Shown: positions 9,454 to 21,609 of the stretch, one piece after another
How the letters are laid out: each line of letters starts with the position of its first letter
How positions within the stretch are numbered: the stretch's first letter is position 1
From: Macrostomum lignano
Taxonomy: Eukaryota
Reading direction: 5' to 3'
Length of the DNA: 59,852 nt
NCBI GenBank assembly: GCA_002269645.1
Contig: NIVC01003788.1
Location: forward strand, 1-59,852
Program-made: the position numbers and the translations under genes
The notes under the pieces: model-generated
What the model was told of the DNA's origin: nothing
Databases searched by the model: none
What the model saw: only the letters and a program-made list of their open reading frames with translations

Positions 9454-12400
9454 ATGAAATCCAGAGGTGTTCTCAAATGTCGCGATGAAGAGTACCAGCT
9501 CTGTCCAAAAATAACTACAATTGGGTCAACCGGATGCGACATCATTGTTGAGGTGATCTACAGAAAACCATTAAGCATTCAATGCTTAGATGCTTCAATG
9601 CTTTTGGTTGTAGCTTTTACTAAGGCTTTGTAATCCTTGCATTTTTTTCAGGCTGAAGGCACAGAAAGTCAGCACGCCATCATCGAGTATTCCGAAGAGG
9701 ACGGCGGCTTCATTTTGAAAGACTTGAATACCGAATATGTGAGCTTGCCATGCTGCCTGTTTTGCCTAGCCTAGCGCTCAGAGCTAATGGCATCCAGTCT
9801 TTGACACAAGAGGCCTGTCATGAACATCTGCCTCAAAGTTGTGGCAAAAAGACAGACTGAACTTTATCATGAGAGACCGTTATGGGCCCCAAGAATTCAG
9901 AATAAGCTTCAGGAGCAGTTGGTCATTGCCCCCCCCCCCTGTTGGGGAGGCAACAAAGAAAGGAATAAAATTTGTTTGAATAAGCTACATGCAGGCTTTG
10001 ACCGTGCAAAGTCGCTATTGCCAGTTTCTTAAGAAAAATGATGTTTAACGCAAAAAGCATCAGTCTCGAAAGCCTTTGGCTCATGGCTCAACCCTAACTC
10101 TCCCTTTGACCTACCTTTGGCTTGGCCTACCAACAACCTTGGCATCTCAGCAACCGCCCTCCATGAGCCACACACATTTCAGTGATCCCCCTATGAGCCT
10201 TGACATCTCTGCAACTCCCTCGTGAGCCCTACAACTCTCATCTGTCCCCACCAAGAGTTGAAGTAAAATCGAACCATGCTAAGTTACGACCATAACTGAG
10301 TTGAATTATAACCAAACTCGCCACCCCAGGGCACGCGCATCAACGATTGCCTCGTCCAGAACGCGGCAGTTCGGCTGAGCCCCGGCGACCAGCTTCGATT
10401 CGGGCAAGGGCAGGCCGTGTACCAGCTGGCTGTGCAGCAGCAGCCGGTGCAGCTCGGCCGCCCCCTGCCGAGCCTCCAGCCGGGCACCCCCGGTCTCATC
10501 CGCGGCGGCGGCAGCGGCGGCGGCGCAGGCAACTTTGCCAGCTTCGGATCCACGGCCGGAAGCGGCACCTTCAGGCTGGGCCGGCCGACCAGCGCCAGCC
10601 CGATGGTGCTGATGAGCGGCAGCAGCGGTCGGCGGCAGCAGCAGCAGCAGGAATTCGGCCAGCACGTCGGGTTCACCGTGCCGGTGATTTCAACCGCTAC
10701 GACAACCACCGCTGCCACGACGCTGCGAGTGCAGAGCGCTCGCGGGTCGAGGGCCCAGCAGCAGCAGCAGCAGCAGTGCCTGGATGAGAAGGACCAGCAG
10801 CTGCTGTCGCTGCAGCTCGAACTGCAGCGGTTCCGCTCGCTGGAAGCTGAGAGCCGCGAGAAGGACCGTCGAACAGAGGAGATGCGAGCCCAGCTGGCCG
10901 GGCTTCAGAGGCAGCTGGCGTCACTCAACGACCCGGAGCTGCGCCGCCGTCTGTCCCACCTGGAGACCGAGGTGGCGGCCAAGCAGCAGGAGGTGGCGCT
11001 GCTCAAAGAGCAGCTGCAGCGGGCCAGGGCCGACCGAGAGCGGGCCTCCGGCGGCGACGAGGTGGCGGCCAAGACGGCCGAGCTGGCTGCGGCCCGGCTG
11101 GAGGCCGACAAGCTGCGCCGCGACGCCCAGGTGTCCGGGGGCCTCATCACCCAGCTGCAGCGAGACATGACCGGCAAGGTGAGGCTGGGTTCGCTCTGCA
11201 TGACTGGTTATCTGGGTGTTGGACTTTGGGGCGAGGGTATTGAGGTGAGGGTATTGGGGTGAGGGTATTGGGGTGAGGGTATTGGGGTGAGGGTATTGAG
11301 GTGAGGGTATTGGGGTGAGGGTATTGGGGTATTGGATTGAGGGTATTGATGTGGTATTGGGGTATTGGGGTGAGGGTATTGAGGTGGTATTGGGGTATTG
11401 GGGTGAGGGTATTGGGTTGAGGGTATTGGGGTATTGGGTTGGGTGAGGATATTGGGGGTAATGAGGTGAGGGGAGGGTATTAGGGTATTGGGGTGTTCAG
11501 GCCAGGGTATTGGGGTATTCAGGCGAGAGTATTGGGGTATTGGGGTGAGGGTATTGGGGTATTCAGGCGAGGGTATTGGGGTATTTAGGCGAGAGTATTG
11601 GTGTATTGTGGTGAGGGTACTGGGGTGAGGGTATTCGGGTGAGGGTATTGGGGTGAGGGTACTGGGGTGAGGGTATTTGGGTGAGGGTACTGGGGTGAGG
11701 GTATTCGGGTGAGGGTACTGGGGTGAGGGTATTTGGGTGGAGGGTATTCGGGTGAGGGTACTGGGGTGAGGGTATTCGGGTGAGGGTACTGGGGTGAGGG
11801 TATTGGGGTGAAGATGATGATCTATTTTCTCTTACAAAATAAGAGCGAATCAAAACCTATTAGGTATTTAAATTTAGCCAAGCGCCGTCCTCTCACGCCC
11901 TCTACCCAGGACACGACAATCAGCCGGCTGAACCGCGAGCTGGAGACCCTGAAGGAGGAGGTGAAATCCCGCGACTTGACAATTTCGGCTCTGCAAGCAA
12001 AGGTGAGCTGGATATGGGCCTACAGTATTGTTCCTGCGTCAATGTAATATGAAGCTCTAAGATCTATCAGCATCATCCTACTGTCAGTAGCTTGAACCTG
12101 AAAGTTGTGCATAGAAAATCGACTGAAATGTAAAACCCATGAACTAAAAAAACCCGGGGACAAAACGGCAGTACCCGGAGGATTTCCGATGCCCGAGGCT
12201 TGTGCGATTCGAGGAGCGAACTGGGACCCGCCGGCCGCCTCAAAGCTGCCTGCAGCCTCCGATGAGGTTTAAAAACGCCTGGCGACGCGGCTCAGCGTCG
12301 CTGACGTCGCGCTACGTCACCGACAGGAACAAAGACTTGCTGGCCGAGTTCGGCGCCGCGGCGGGCCGGAGCAGCTCGGAGCCGGTGCAGCACCCGCTGT

Positions 12401-15400
12401 GCGGCACGCTGTACATCCCGATCTCGCGGGACTCGCTAGACGAGAGCGGCGGCTACCACCTGGATGTGCATGTTAGGCCTGGCTGTGGTTCGCTTTGGCG
12501 CCTTCACGCAGCTGAAGTAGAAGGATGCTAAACTCGATTTCTTAGAAATCAGCTGTAGGCCCTTCAGCAACGCACCGATACCAAATGCACTATCGATACG
12601 TTCCTGACGGGCCTCCAATTTATTTTTAAGAAAGTCGAGCGTAGCGTCACTCTACTGCAGTCGTCGTCACGGCTTCACAATGCTTTTCGTGAAGCACTTT
12701 TTCTTCGCCACTAGCATGGATTAACGCGAGCTTTGTTGAATTGACCAGTGCAAAGTATGCATTCACAGCAAGTCTAGACCGCATGCCTCTGGTTGGTTTA
12801 AGAATGTACACGTCACACCTGCTCATAACTCACTAGCCTCAAGATTTTTCATTGAAATGTACATAGCGATTATACAATGAAAGAGAGCATGCGCTATTAA
12901 ATGTACGCGATTTGAGTTTTATCTATTGAACCTAACACCCCACCGCCATCAGTTCGCCCGCATCAAGGACACCAAGCGGGAGGAGGAGGAACGCGAAGCT
13001 CGAGAAAAAGAGTTGATGGCGCTGCGCACGAAGTTCAAGGACGCCGAGGCGCGGGCCAACGGTCTTCAGGAGTCCTGCCGCCAGGCCAAAGAGGAATTGG
13101 AAGCCGCCAAGACTGTGGCGCTGCGCGAGGAATCAGCGAGGCAGAAGCTGCGACAGGAGCTGGACGAACTGCAGGCCCAGGTGGCCGACGGCCAGCGTAC
13201 TGAGCGACTGGCCAAGGTGGGTTTGGATGGAATCCAGTTCATGCAGCCTCGTTTGCTTGCCGCCCTCAGCACACTCACCACCCCACAGCACACCCACCAC
13301 ACCACAGCACACCCACCACCCCACAGCACACCCACCACACCAAAGCACACCCACCACCCCACAGCACACCCACTACCCCACAGCACACCCACCACCCCAC
13401 AGCACACCCACCACCCCACAGCACACCCACTACCCCACAGCACACCCACCACCCCACAGCACACCCACCACCCCACAGCACACCCACTACCCCACAGCAC
13501 ACCCACCACCCCACAGCACACCCACCACACCACAGCACACCCACCACCCCACAGCACACCCACCACCCCACAGCACACCCACCACCCACAGCACACCCAC
13601 CACCCCACAGCAGCCCCCTAGCCATTCTCACTGTCTCGCTCCACCTGCATGCAGGCGGACGCCCAGCACGCCACGCAGCGCCTGGAGCGATTCCGCAACC
13701 GCGTGGCCACCGTCGCCTACTCGGCGCCCGGACTACGCGTGCCCGAGCAGGAGGCCACCGACGACCAGCTGCTCGAGCTTCTGAAGCGCTCAGTCGAAGA
13801 ACGCACCGAGTTTCAGCGTCGAGTTGGCGAACTGAAAGAGTCGCTGAAGTTGGCGGAGGCTTCGGTGACCAAAACCGACTCCGGCATTCAGCGCTGGCGA
13901 GTCCAGCTGAAGGATGCCTTCGCCAGGCTGACCGAGAAAGGCCGTCTGGCGCGAAACCTGCGGGACGAGCTGGCCAGGTTGACTGCCGAGTCGACCGAGG
14001 AGGCGCTGCAGCCGCTGCGGGACGCCGTGCTGCTGGACCTGCAGGCGCAGGTGCAGTGGCAGCAGGAGATCGAGGACGCCGTGGAGCGATGCGGGGCTCC
14101 CGTGCGCCTGTCACCAGAATGTGAGTGCGGCGGCTGAGGTCCGGGTGCTGGGATTTGGGTGCTGGGATTTGGGTGCAGGGATTTGGGTGCTGGGATTTGG
14201 GTGCTGGGATTTGGGTGCTGGGATTTGGGTGCTGGGATTTGGGTGCTGGGATTTGGGTGCTGGGGTCTGGGTGCTGGGATTTGGGTGCTGGGGTCTGGGT
14301 GCTGGGATTGGGTGCTGGGATTTGGGTGCTGGGATTTGGGTGCTGGGATTTGGGTGCTGGGATTTGGGTGCTGGGATTTGGGTGCTGGGATTTGGGTGCT
14401 GGGATTTGGGTGCTGGGATTTGGGTGCTGGGGTCTGGGAGCTGGGATCAGATTCTGTGACTTTCTATGAGATTTTGCAATCATCGTAATAAAATCATAAA
14501 CAAAATTCTAATAATTTTTTCGCAGCTGAGGATGCAACCGAAGTCCAGCAGAGTAAGTTAAGGTGGCAATGAAACAGTTTTGATCAGCAAATTTTCTTCT
14601 CAAATAATTTACCTTATTACCTGTTGCCTAAAAATTCGCACCTGTCACTGGATGCTTTTTATGATAAATTCAGTAGTGAATTAGCCACAAATTTGCATCC
14701 ATTGTTTGGTTCCTTGTAATTTTGCAATTTTGCCAGTAAGTAAGAGACGGAGACAACTGGAGGTAAAACTGATAGGAGAGGAGAGGAGAGGAGAGGAGAG
14801 GAGAGGAGAGGAGAGGAGAGGAGAGGAGAGGAGAGGAGAGGAGAGGAGAGGAGAGGAGAGGAGAGGAGAGGAGAGAAGAGGAGAGGAGAGGAGAGGAGAG
14901 GAGAGGAGAGGAGAGGAGAGGAGAGGAGAGGAGTGGAGAGGAGAGGAGAGGAGAGGAGAGGAGAGGAGAGGAGAGGAGTGGAGAGGAGAGGAGAGGAGAG
15001 GAGAGGAGAGGAGAGGAGAGGAGAGGAGAGGAGAGGAGAGGAGAGGAGAGGAGAGGAGAGGAGAGAAGAGGAGAGGAGAGGAGAGGAGAGGAGAGGAGAG
15101 GAGAGGAGAGGAGAGGAGAGGAGAGGAGAGGAGAGGAGAGGAGAGGAGAGGAGAGGTGAGGGGAGGGGAGAGAAAAATGAAAGCAGATTTTGATTTTCCG
15201 ATTACTAAAGCGTCATATTAATTTTTTTGCTGACAACCGAACTCGAAGTTAAATTTCGAGTGCTGCAGCGCCAATCCTGTTGAGCACACTTGGCTTCAAA
15301 CAGCCACCCCACCTGGCCTGCTCCAGTTTAGCGTGGAAGCAACTCGCACTGTTTTTCCCAAACCGCGGATTCCGCAGCCCCGGCGCATCACGTGACCCAG

Positions 15401-18400
15401 CTGTACTCGCGCTGGCAGGACGCCTTGAACGAGCGGGAGCGGCTCCGGTCTCGCATCGCCGAGCTGGAGTCGCAGGCGGCCGCTGACCGCGAAAGCTTGG
15501 AGGCCCGGCTGGCTGGCGAGACCGAAGCCCGCGTGGCCGAGGCGCTGGAGAAGGCGGCGGCCGAGGCTGCCAGGGAGCAGCAGCGAGTCATCGACGACGT
15601 GGTGGCAACGGAGACGGAGCGGCGCGAGGCGGCGGTGGCTCACGAGCGCGGCACCATCGCGGAGCTGCAGGGCCGTCTGGCTGCGCTGCAACGCGCCCTT
15701 GAGGAGCGCGAGGCTGAGCGCGCCGATGATCTGAGCGAAGCGCAGTCGGCGGTGGAGCGCCTGTCGGAGAAGGAGGCCACCGAGGCCGAGCTGCGTCGCG
15801 ACGTCGCCAGGCTGACGGTCGAGAAGGAGGAGGCTCTGGCCAGCGCGGAGGAGCTGGTAAGGGCGGCGGAGGCGCGGCACGAGAAGGAGGCACAGGGCTT
15901 CAAGGACCAGGTGAAGCAGCACAGCGTCACCATCTGCCATATGGAGGAGCGCCTGACCAAGGTGAGAACTTCTTCACTTCTTCTGGGATGCTGCTCTGTG
16001 CGAGTCAGGGAGTGACGACGGTGCACTGGAAGCCTTTGGGTCAGTGGGTTCAGCATCTCAAGTGGGTCAAGTATCTCAAGTGGGTCGAGCACCTCAAGTG
16101 GGTCAAGCATCTCAGATGGGTCAATCATCTCAGGTGGGTCGAGCATCTCAAGTGGGTCGAGCATCTTAAGTGGATCAAGCATCTCAGATGGGGAAAAGCT
16201 TCTCAAGTAGGTCAAGCATCTCAGATGGGGAAAAGCTTCTCAAGTGGGTCAAGCATCTCAGGTGGGTCGAGCATCTCAAGTGGATCAAGCATCTCAGATG
16301 GGGAAAAGCTTTTCAAGTGGGTCAAGCATCTCAAGTGGGTCAAGCATCTCAGGTGGGTCGAGCATCTCAAGTGGGTCAAGCATCTCAGGTGGGTCGAGCA
16401 TCTCAAGTTGGTCAAGCATCTCAGGTGGGTCGAGCATCTCAAGTGGATCAAGCATCTCAGATGGGGAAAAGCTTTTCAAGTGGGTCAAGCATCTCAGGTG
16501 GGTCGAGCTTCTCAAGTGGGTCAAGCATCTCAGATGGGGAAAAGCTTCTCAAGTGGGTCAAGCATCTCATATGGGGAAAAGCTTCTCAAGTGGGTCAAGC
16601 ATCTTAAGTGGGTCAAGTATCTCAAGTGGGTCAAGTATCTCAAGTGTGTCAAGCATCTCAAGTGGGTTGAGCATCTCAGGTGGGTCGAGCATCTCAGGTG
16701 GGTCGAGCATCTCAGGTGGGTCGAGCATACCTGAAGCACACAGTGGCAAGACCCGAACCCGCACCCGCTGCCCAGGTGGTGAAGCAGAACAAGCAGCTGC
16801 AGGAGGAGCTCAACCAGGCCCGCCAGGAAGCCAGCGAGCTGCGAGGCCAGCAGGAGGCCGCCTCGGCCAGACGCCGAGAGGCGGCCACCACGCCGAAGGT
16901 GATTGTGCAACGGCCGACAGCGGAGCTGGCAGTGATGGAGCGCACCGTGGTCGGGCTGCGGCAGGAGAACTCCAACCTGAAGGAGACGGTGCAGAGCCAA
17001 CGACAGGAGATGGAGAGCCTGCGCCGCGACCTGCAGGGGATGTCAGCCCGGCTGTCAGACATCCGCGGCGAGCTGACAGATCAGCAGAAGGAGGAGCTCG
17101 AGGGCTCGAAGCACCGCCTGCGGGAGGTGGAGGCGGAGCTGGCCGAAAAGAAGGAAAAACTGGCAAAGCTGACTGAGGTGGCTGAGAATCAGGTGAGGCT
17201 AGCAATATACCATATTGGCTAGGCTAGCAATCCACTCTATTTGGCTAGGCTAGCAATCCACTCTATTGGCTAGGCTAGCAATCCACTCTATTTGGCTAGG
17301 CTAGCAATCCACTCTATTTGGCTAGGCTAGCAATCCACTCTATTAACTAGGCTAGCAATCCACTCTATTGGCTAGGCTAGCAATCCACTCTATTGGCTAG
17401 GCTAGCAATCCACTCTATTGGCTAGGCTAGCAATCCACTCTATTGGCTAGGCTAGCAATCCACTCTATTGGCTAGGCTAGCAATCCACTCTATTGGCTAG
17501 GCTAGCAATCCACTCTATTGGCTAGGCTAGCAATCCACTCTATTGGCTAGGCTAGCAATCCACTCTATTTGGCTAGGCTAGCAATCCACTCTATTTGGCT
17601 AGGCTAGCAATCCACTCTATTGGCTAGGCTAGCAATCCACTCTATTTGGCTAGGCTAGCAATCCACTCTATCCGCTCCCAGGCTGCTCAGCTGGCCGAAG
17701 CTCGAGCCCAGCAGGAGAAGCACCGGTCCGCCCTAGGCCGCATGCAGTCGGCCCTGGATCGCACCGAGGTCGGCTCCAAGGACCTTGAGGCCCGTCTAGA
17801 AGCCGAGCGTCGCCGGGCCGATGAGGCTGCGGCGCGCACCTGTGAGGAGGAGCGAATCGCTGCCGAGATGTCCTCGCTGGGTCACCAGTGCCGCGGCGAG
17901 CGCCACGCCGAGGTCATCGCTCACCAGAAGGAGGCGCTCAGCGAGCTGCGAAAGCGGCTGAAAGAGCTGGAGCGGACTCGGCCGTCTGGTGAGCGAGTTC
18001 AGCTTCCTTATTCCTCTCTAGCCTACTCAGTATTTCCTCTGTTAGTGCACTTCTATTAGAAGTTCACAAATTTTTTTCTCAGAATCAGAACCTACTTCCC
18101 TACCCAATTTCATTGCCCAACCTCTCGACTGAGGGAGGATTTGGCCCAGGACAATGCACACTACCTGCCTTGGTCTCAGTCGCATCTCTACCCCATTTTA
18201 TTGCCCAACCTCTTGATTGAGGGGAGGATTTGACCAAAGACAATTCACACTATCTGCCCTGCCTCAGTCGCATCTCTACCCCATTTTATTGCCCAACCTC
18301 TTGATTGAGGGGAGGATTTGACCAAAGACAATTCACACTATCTGCCCTGCCTCAGTCGCATCTCTACCTCATTTTATTGCCCAACCTCTTGATTGAAAGG

Positions 18401-21400
18401 AGGATTTGACCAAAGACAATTCACACTATCTGCCCTGCCTCAGTCGGATCTCTACCCCATTTACTGCCCAACCTCTCGCGTGGGGGAGGATTTGGCCCAG
18501 GACCATACACACTATCTGCCTTGCCTCAGTCGGATCTCTACCCCATTTTACTGCCCAACCTCTCGCGTGGGGGAGAATTTGGCCCAGGACATTTGCACAC
18601 TATCTGCCTTGCCTCAGTCGGATCTCTACCCCATTTTATTGCCCAACCTCTCGCGTGGGGGAGGATTTGGCCCAGGACATTTGCACACTATCTGCCCTGT
18701 CTCAGTCGGATCTCTACCCCATTTTATTGCCCGACCTCTGGCGTGCGGGGGTTTAGCTGGGCAATGTACGCGACGCTGACAACGTGACGTGTACTTTGTT
18801 TAATTGATAGCAAAATTTGTCACGCGAAACTCCTTGATACAGTATATCTCAAGTCAATTTAATGTGCACTTTTAACAATGTACACCCCGATTGGACAATT
18901 TCTCAATTTCTCTTCAGCGGCTGCCTCGCAAGACCAAGCAGCCCAGCAGCAGCAGGTGACGCTGCTCAAAAAGGAGCTGGCCGAGCTCCGAGCCAAGCAG
19001 GCCATGGCGGAGACTCGCCCGGCCATCGGGGCGCCTCCGCCGGTGACGCCAGGCAGCTGGGAGCCTCCGGCGTGGCTCGAATAGCTTCCTCGGCGGCCGA
19101 TTTGGAGGCCGAACGGGCGGCGCACAAAGAGACTCGCGACTGCCTGGAACTGTCTGAGCACACCTACCTCAGCCTGCTGCGGGGCCTGGCCAGTGGGCTC
19201 GAGCTCGAGTCTGTGCAGGTGAGAGGCTTTCAGACATTTCACCCATTCCATCACTGCCTAGTTCACTCATTCTATCACTGCCTAGTTCACTCATTCCATC
19301 ACTGCCTAGTTCACTCATTCCGTTCACTCCTCGCCATCGCCCAGGGCCTCCGCTCGATGGCCCACCTGCCCCGTGACGAGCGCGACCGCCTGGCCCGGGA
19401 GCGGGAGGAGGCGGCCAGCCTGCTGACCCAGCGGGTGCGGCTGTTCAAGGAGCGCCTGGGCCGCAAGGAGGACCTCCTGCAGGGATACGAGAGGGACCTG
19501 GCCAAGCTGCGGCAGGCCGAGGAGCTGGCGGGCAAGAGGAGCCATCAGGTGAGCGAATCTCGCTGGAAAGCCGGTTTGTCAGCGAAAATGCACCGGCGAG
19601 TCAGGGAGTTTTCTGAGCTTCAGCACTAAACTCATTATATTAGCCTAGTGATTGGTTGGCTTCAGTTTACTTAATCCATGCGGCAAAGCCATTGCTGTTG
19701 CCAAGTCTCACTACCGATGTATTTGATGAGGAAGTGAGGTGGTTGATGGAGTGGGGTGGGTGAGGGAATGGGGTGGGTGAGGGAATGGGGTGGGTGAGGG
19801 AATGGGGTGGGTAAGGGAGTGAGGGGGGCGTTGCAGGGGGCTGCGGGCATCCGGATACAGAAGGAAGGTGTTAACACCCGTTCCGCTAGAGTGAGGTGGA
19901 GAAAGAGTAAGAGAATTTGATAGATAAATGAGATTTGATGGAGCTTGAATGAGATTTGATGGAGCTTGAATGAGATATGATGGAGCTTGAATGAGATTTG
20001 ATGGAGCTTGAATGAGATTTGATGGAGCTTGAATGAGATTTGATGGAGCTTGAATGAGATTTGATGGAGCTTGAATGAGATTTGATGGAGCTTGAATGAG
20101 ATTTGATGGAGCTTGGATGAGATTTGATGGAGCTTGAATGAGATTTGATGGAGCTTGAATGAGATTTGATGGAGCTTGAATGAGATATGATGGAGCTTGA
20201 ATGAGATTTGATGGAGCTTGAATGAGATTTGATGGAGCTTGAATGAGATTTGATGGAGCTTGAATGAGATTTGATAGAGCTTGAATGAGATTTGATGGAG
20301 CTTGGATGAGATTTGATGGAGCTTGGATGAGATTTGATTTTTTAAGTTTTAGCACTAAATTAACTATATTAGTCTAGTTCAGTGTATGCATTGTGTATGC
20401 ATTGGTAGGGTATGCACTACCGATATGTATCGAAATTAACATATTACCCATTCAACCAGGTGGACAGCCTGGCCCAGGACCTGCGATCTCGCGGCGAAGA
20501 GGTCGACCTGCTGCGCGAGAGCCTCAGCCGGACAAAGGACGTGCTCAACCAGGAGAAGCGACTCAACACGGCCATCAAGCAGAAGAAGGCGCTGCACTCC
20601 GGGCAGAACCTGGCAGCCACCACGGCCAGGGGCAGCCTGGGGGCCGGCGCCAGCGGGGGCGCCCACTGCCCGCCTGAGGATGTGCACGCCAAGGTGAGTT
20701 TTGGCTGGCTGAGTGAGTGAGTGAGTGAGTGAGTGAGTAAGTGAGTGAGTGAGTGAGTGAGTGAGTGAGTGAGTGAGTGAGTAGTGAGTGAGTGAGTGAG
20801 TGAGTGAGTGAGTGAGTGAGTGAGTGAGTGAGTGAGTGAGTGAGTGAGTGAGTGAGTGAGTGAGTGAGTGAGTGAGTGAGTGAGTGAGTGAGTGAGTGAG
20901 TGAGTGAGTGAGTGAGTGAGTGAGTGAGTGAGTGAGTGAGTGAGTGAGTGAGTGAGTGAGTGAGTGAGTGAGTGAGTGAGTGACCAATCCCTGCTCACAC
21001 TGCGGTCACCCAGGAGGAGGCCAAGAAGCGGGCGATCCGAGAGAAAATCAAGCGAAAAGACTACGAGATTCGAACTCTCAAAGCCGAGCTAATGTCGCGC
21101 GAGAAGGACCTGTCAAGTGCCTCATCCAGGCTCGTGAATCTGGAAAGCACCCTTGTGAGTCGAGTTTCTTTGGTTTATGCATCTCTTCTCTGCACTTCGA
21201 TCCATCCTCATTATCTACATCATTGCATAACATAAATATTTGTAATTTCAGCCAGATAAAGCCTTGAATGCCCGAGAATCGCCTACTTAAAGTAGCATCC
21301 CTTAGCTATTTTCTTATTTTTCACAGCACGTCACTTGGAAAGTTTTTGGTTCGTTTTACAAGAATTAAAAGCTTGTTTTACTGTCGAATACCGAGCTCAC

Positions 21401-21609
21401 AAATTACCCGATTAGGCAGTTAGAATACAGATACTTGAGTTCCTGCGTATTAGAGGTGCATCCTGCACTGGAGCCGACCAGCATTTGCACTTTTATTTTC
21501 TGTCACGGTTGCATCATCGCACAGTTAATTTGGCTCGTGCATTCATTCAGCACCTGTTTATCTTGCCCAGGGCCTGCCGCACGAATCAGAGCTTACAGCG
21601 GAGTCCTGA
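9454..21609 (+). CDS. FHAD1: Forkhead-associated domain protein 1-like (N-terminal FHA plus long coiled coil), ~1370 aa, 15 exons
   Basis: Exons 9454-9552, 9652-9738, 10330-11178, 11910-12002, 12953-13216, 13655-14120, 14526-14552, 15378-15961, 16776-17192, 17682-17988, 18918-19218, 19345-19548, 20460-20693, 21014-21154, 21571-21609. All are GT-AG and phase-consistent except one missing base near 19030. FHA region: [12 protein letters not shown] / [24 protein letters not shown] / [25 protein letters not shown], matching the recalled FHAD1 N-terminus. Confidence 0.9.
11225..11811. repeat. G-rich ~14-bp minisatellite (GTGAGGGTATTGGG) in FHAD1 intron 3
   Basis: Read directly. Confidence 0.93.
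13268..13616. repeat. C/A-rich minisatellite (CACACCCACCACCCCACAG variants) in FHAD1 intron 5
   Basis: Read directly; explains the HHPTAHP ORFs. Confidence 0.93.
14140..14446. repeat. 14-bp minisatellite (GGGTGCTGGGATTT) in FHAD1 intron 6
   Basis: Read directly. Confidence 0.95.
14773..15172. repeat. (GAGAG)n microsatellite in FHAD1 intron 7
   Basis: Read directly. Confidence 0.97.
16030..16730. repeat. Degenerate 18-bp minisatellite (CTCAAGTGGGTCAAGCAT) in FHAD1 intron 8
   Basis: Read directly; explains the KWVKHL, GQASQV and SSGSSI ORFs. Confidence 0.93.
17195..17670. repeat. 25-bp minisatellite (GGCTAGGCTAGCAATCCACTCTATT) filling FHAD1 intron 9
   Basis: Runs from just after the donor to just before the acceptor. 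Confidence 0.95.
18090..18740. repeat. ~88-bp tandem repeat, ~7 copies, FHAD1 intron 10
   Basis: CATCTCTA anchors at 18183, 18271, 18359. Confidence 0.9.
19925..20340. repeat. 21-bp minisatellite (ATGAGATTTGATGGAGCTTGA), FHAD1 intron 12
   Basis: Read directly. Confidence 0.96.
20708..20983. repeat. (GTGA)n microsatellite, FHAD1 intron 13
   Basis: Read directly. Confidence 0.97.

Noticed and set aside
10284-17205. Antisense and alternate-frame ORFs over FHAD1 exons (also over prospero, hexosaminidase and LRR exons)
   Set aside because: These are shadow frames of GC-rich coding DNA with no recognisable domains.
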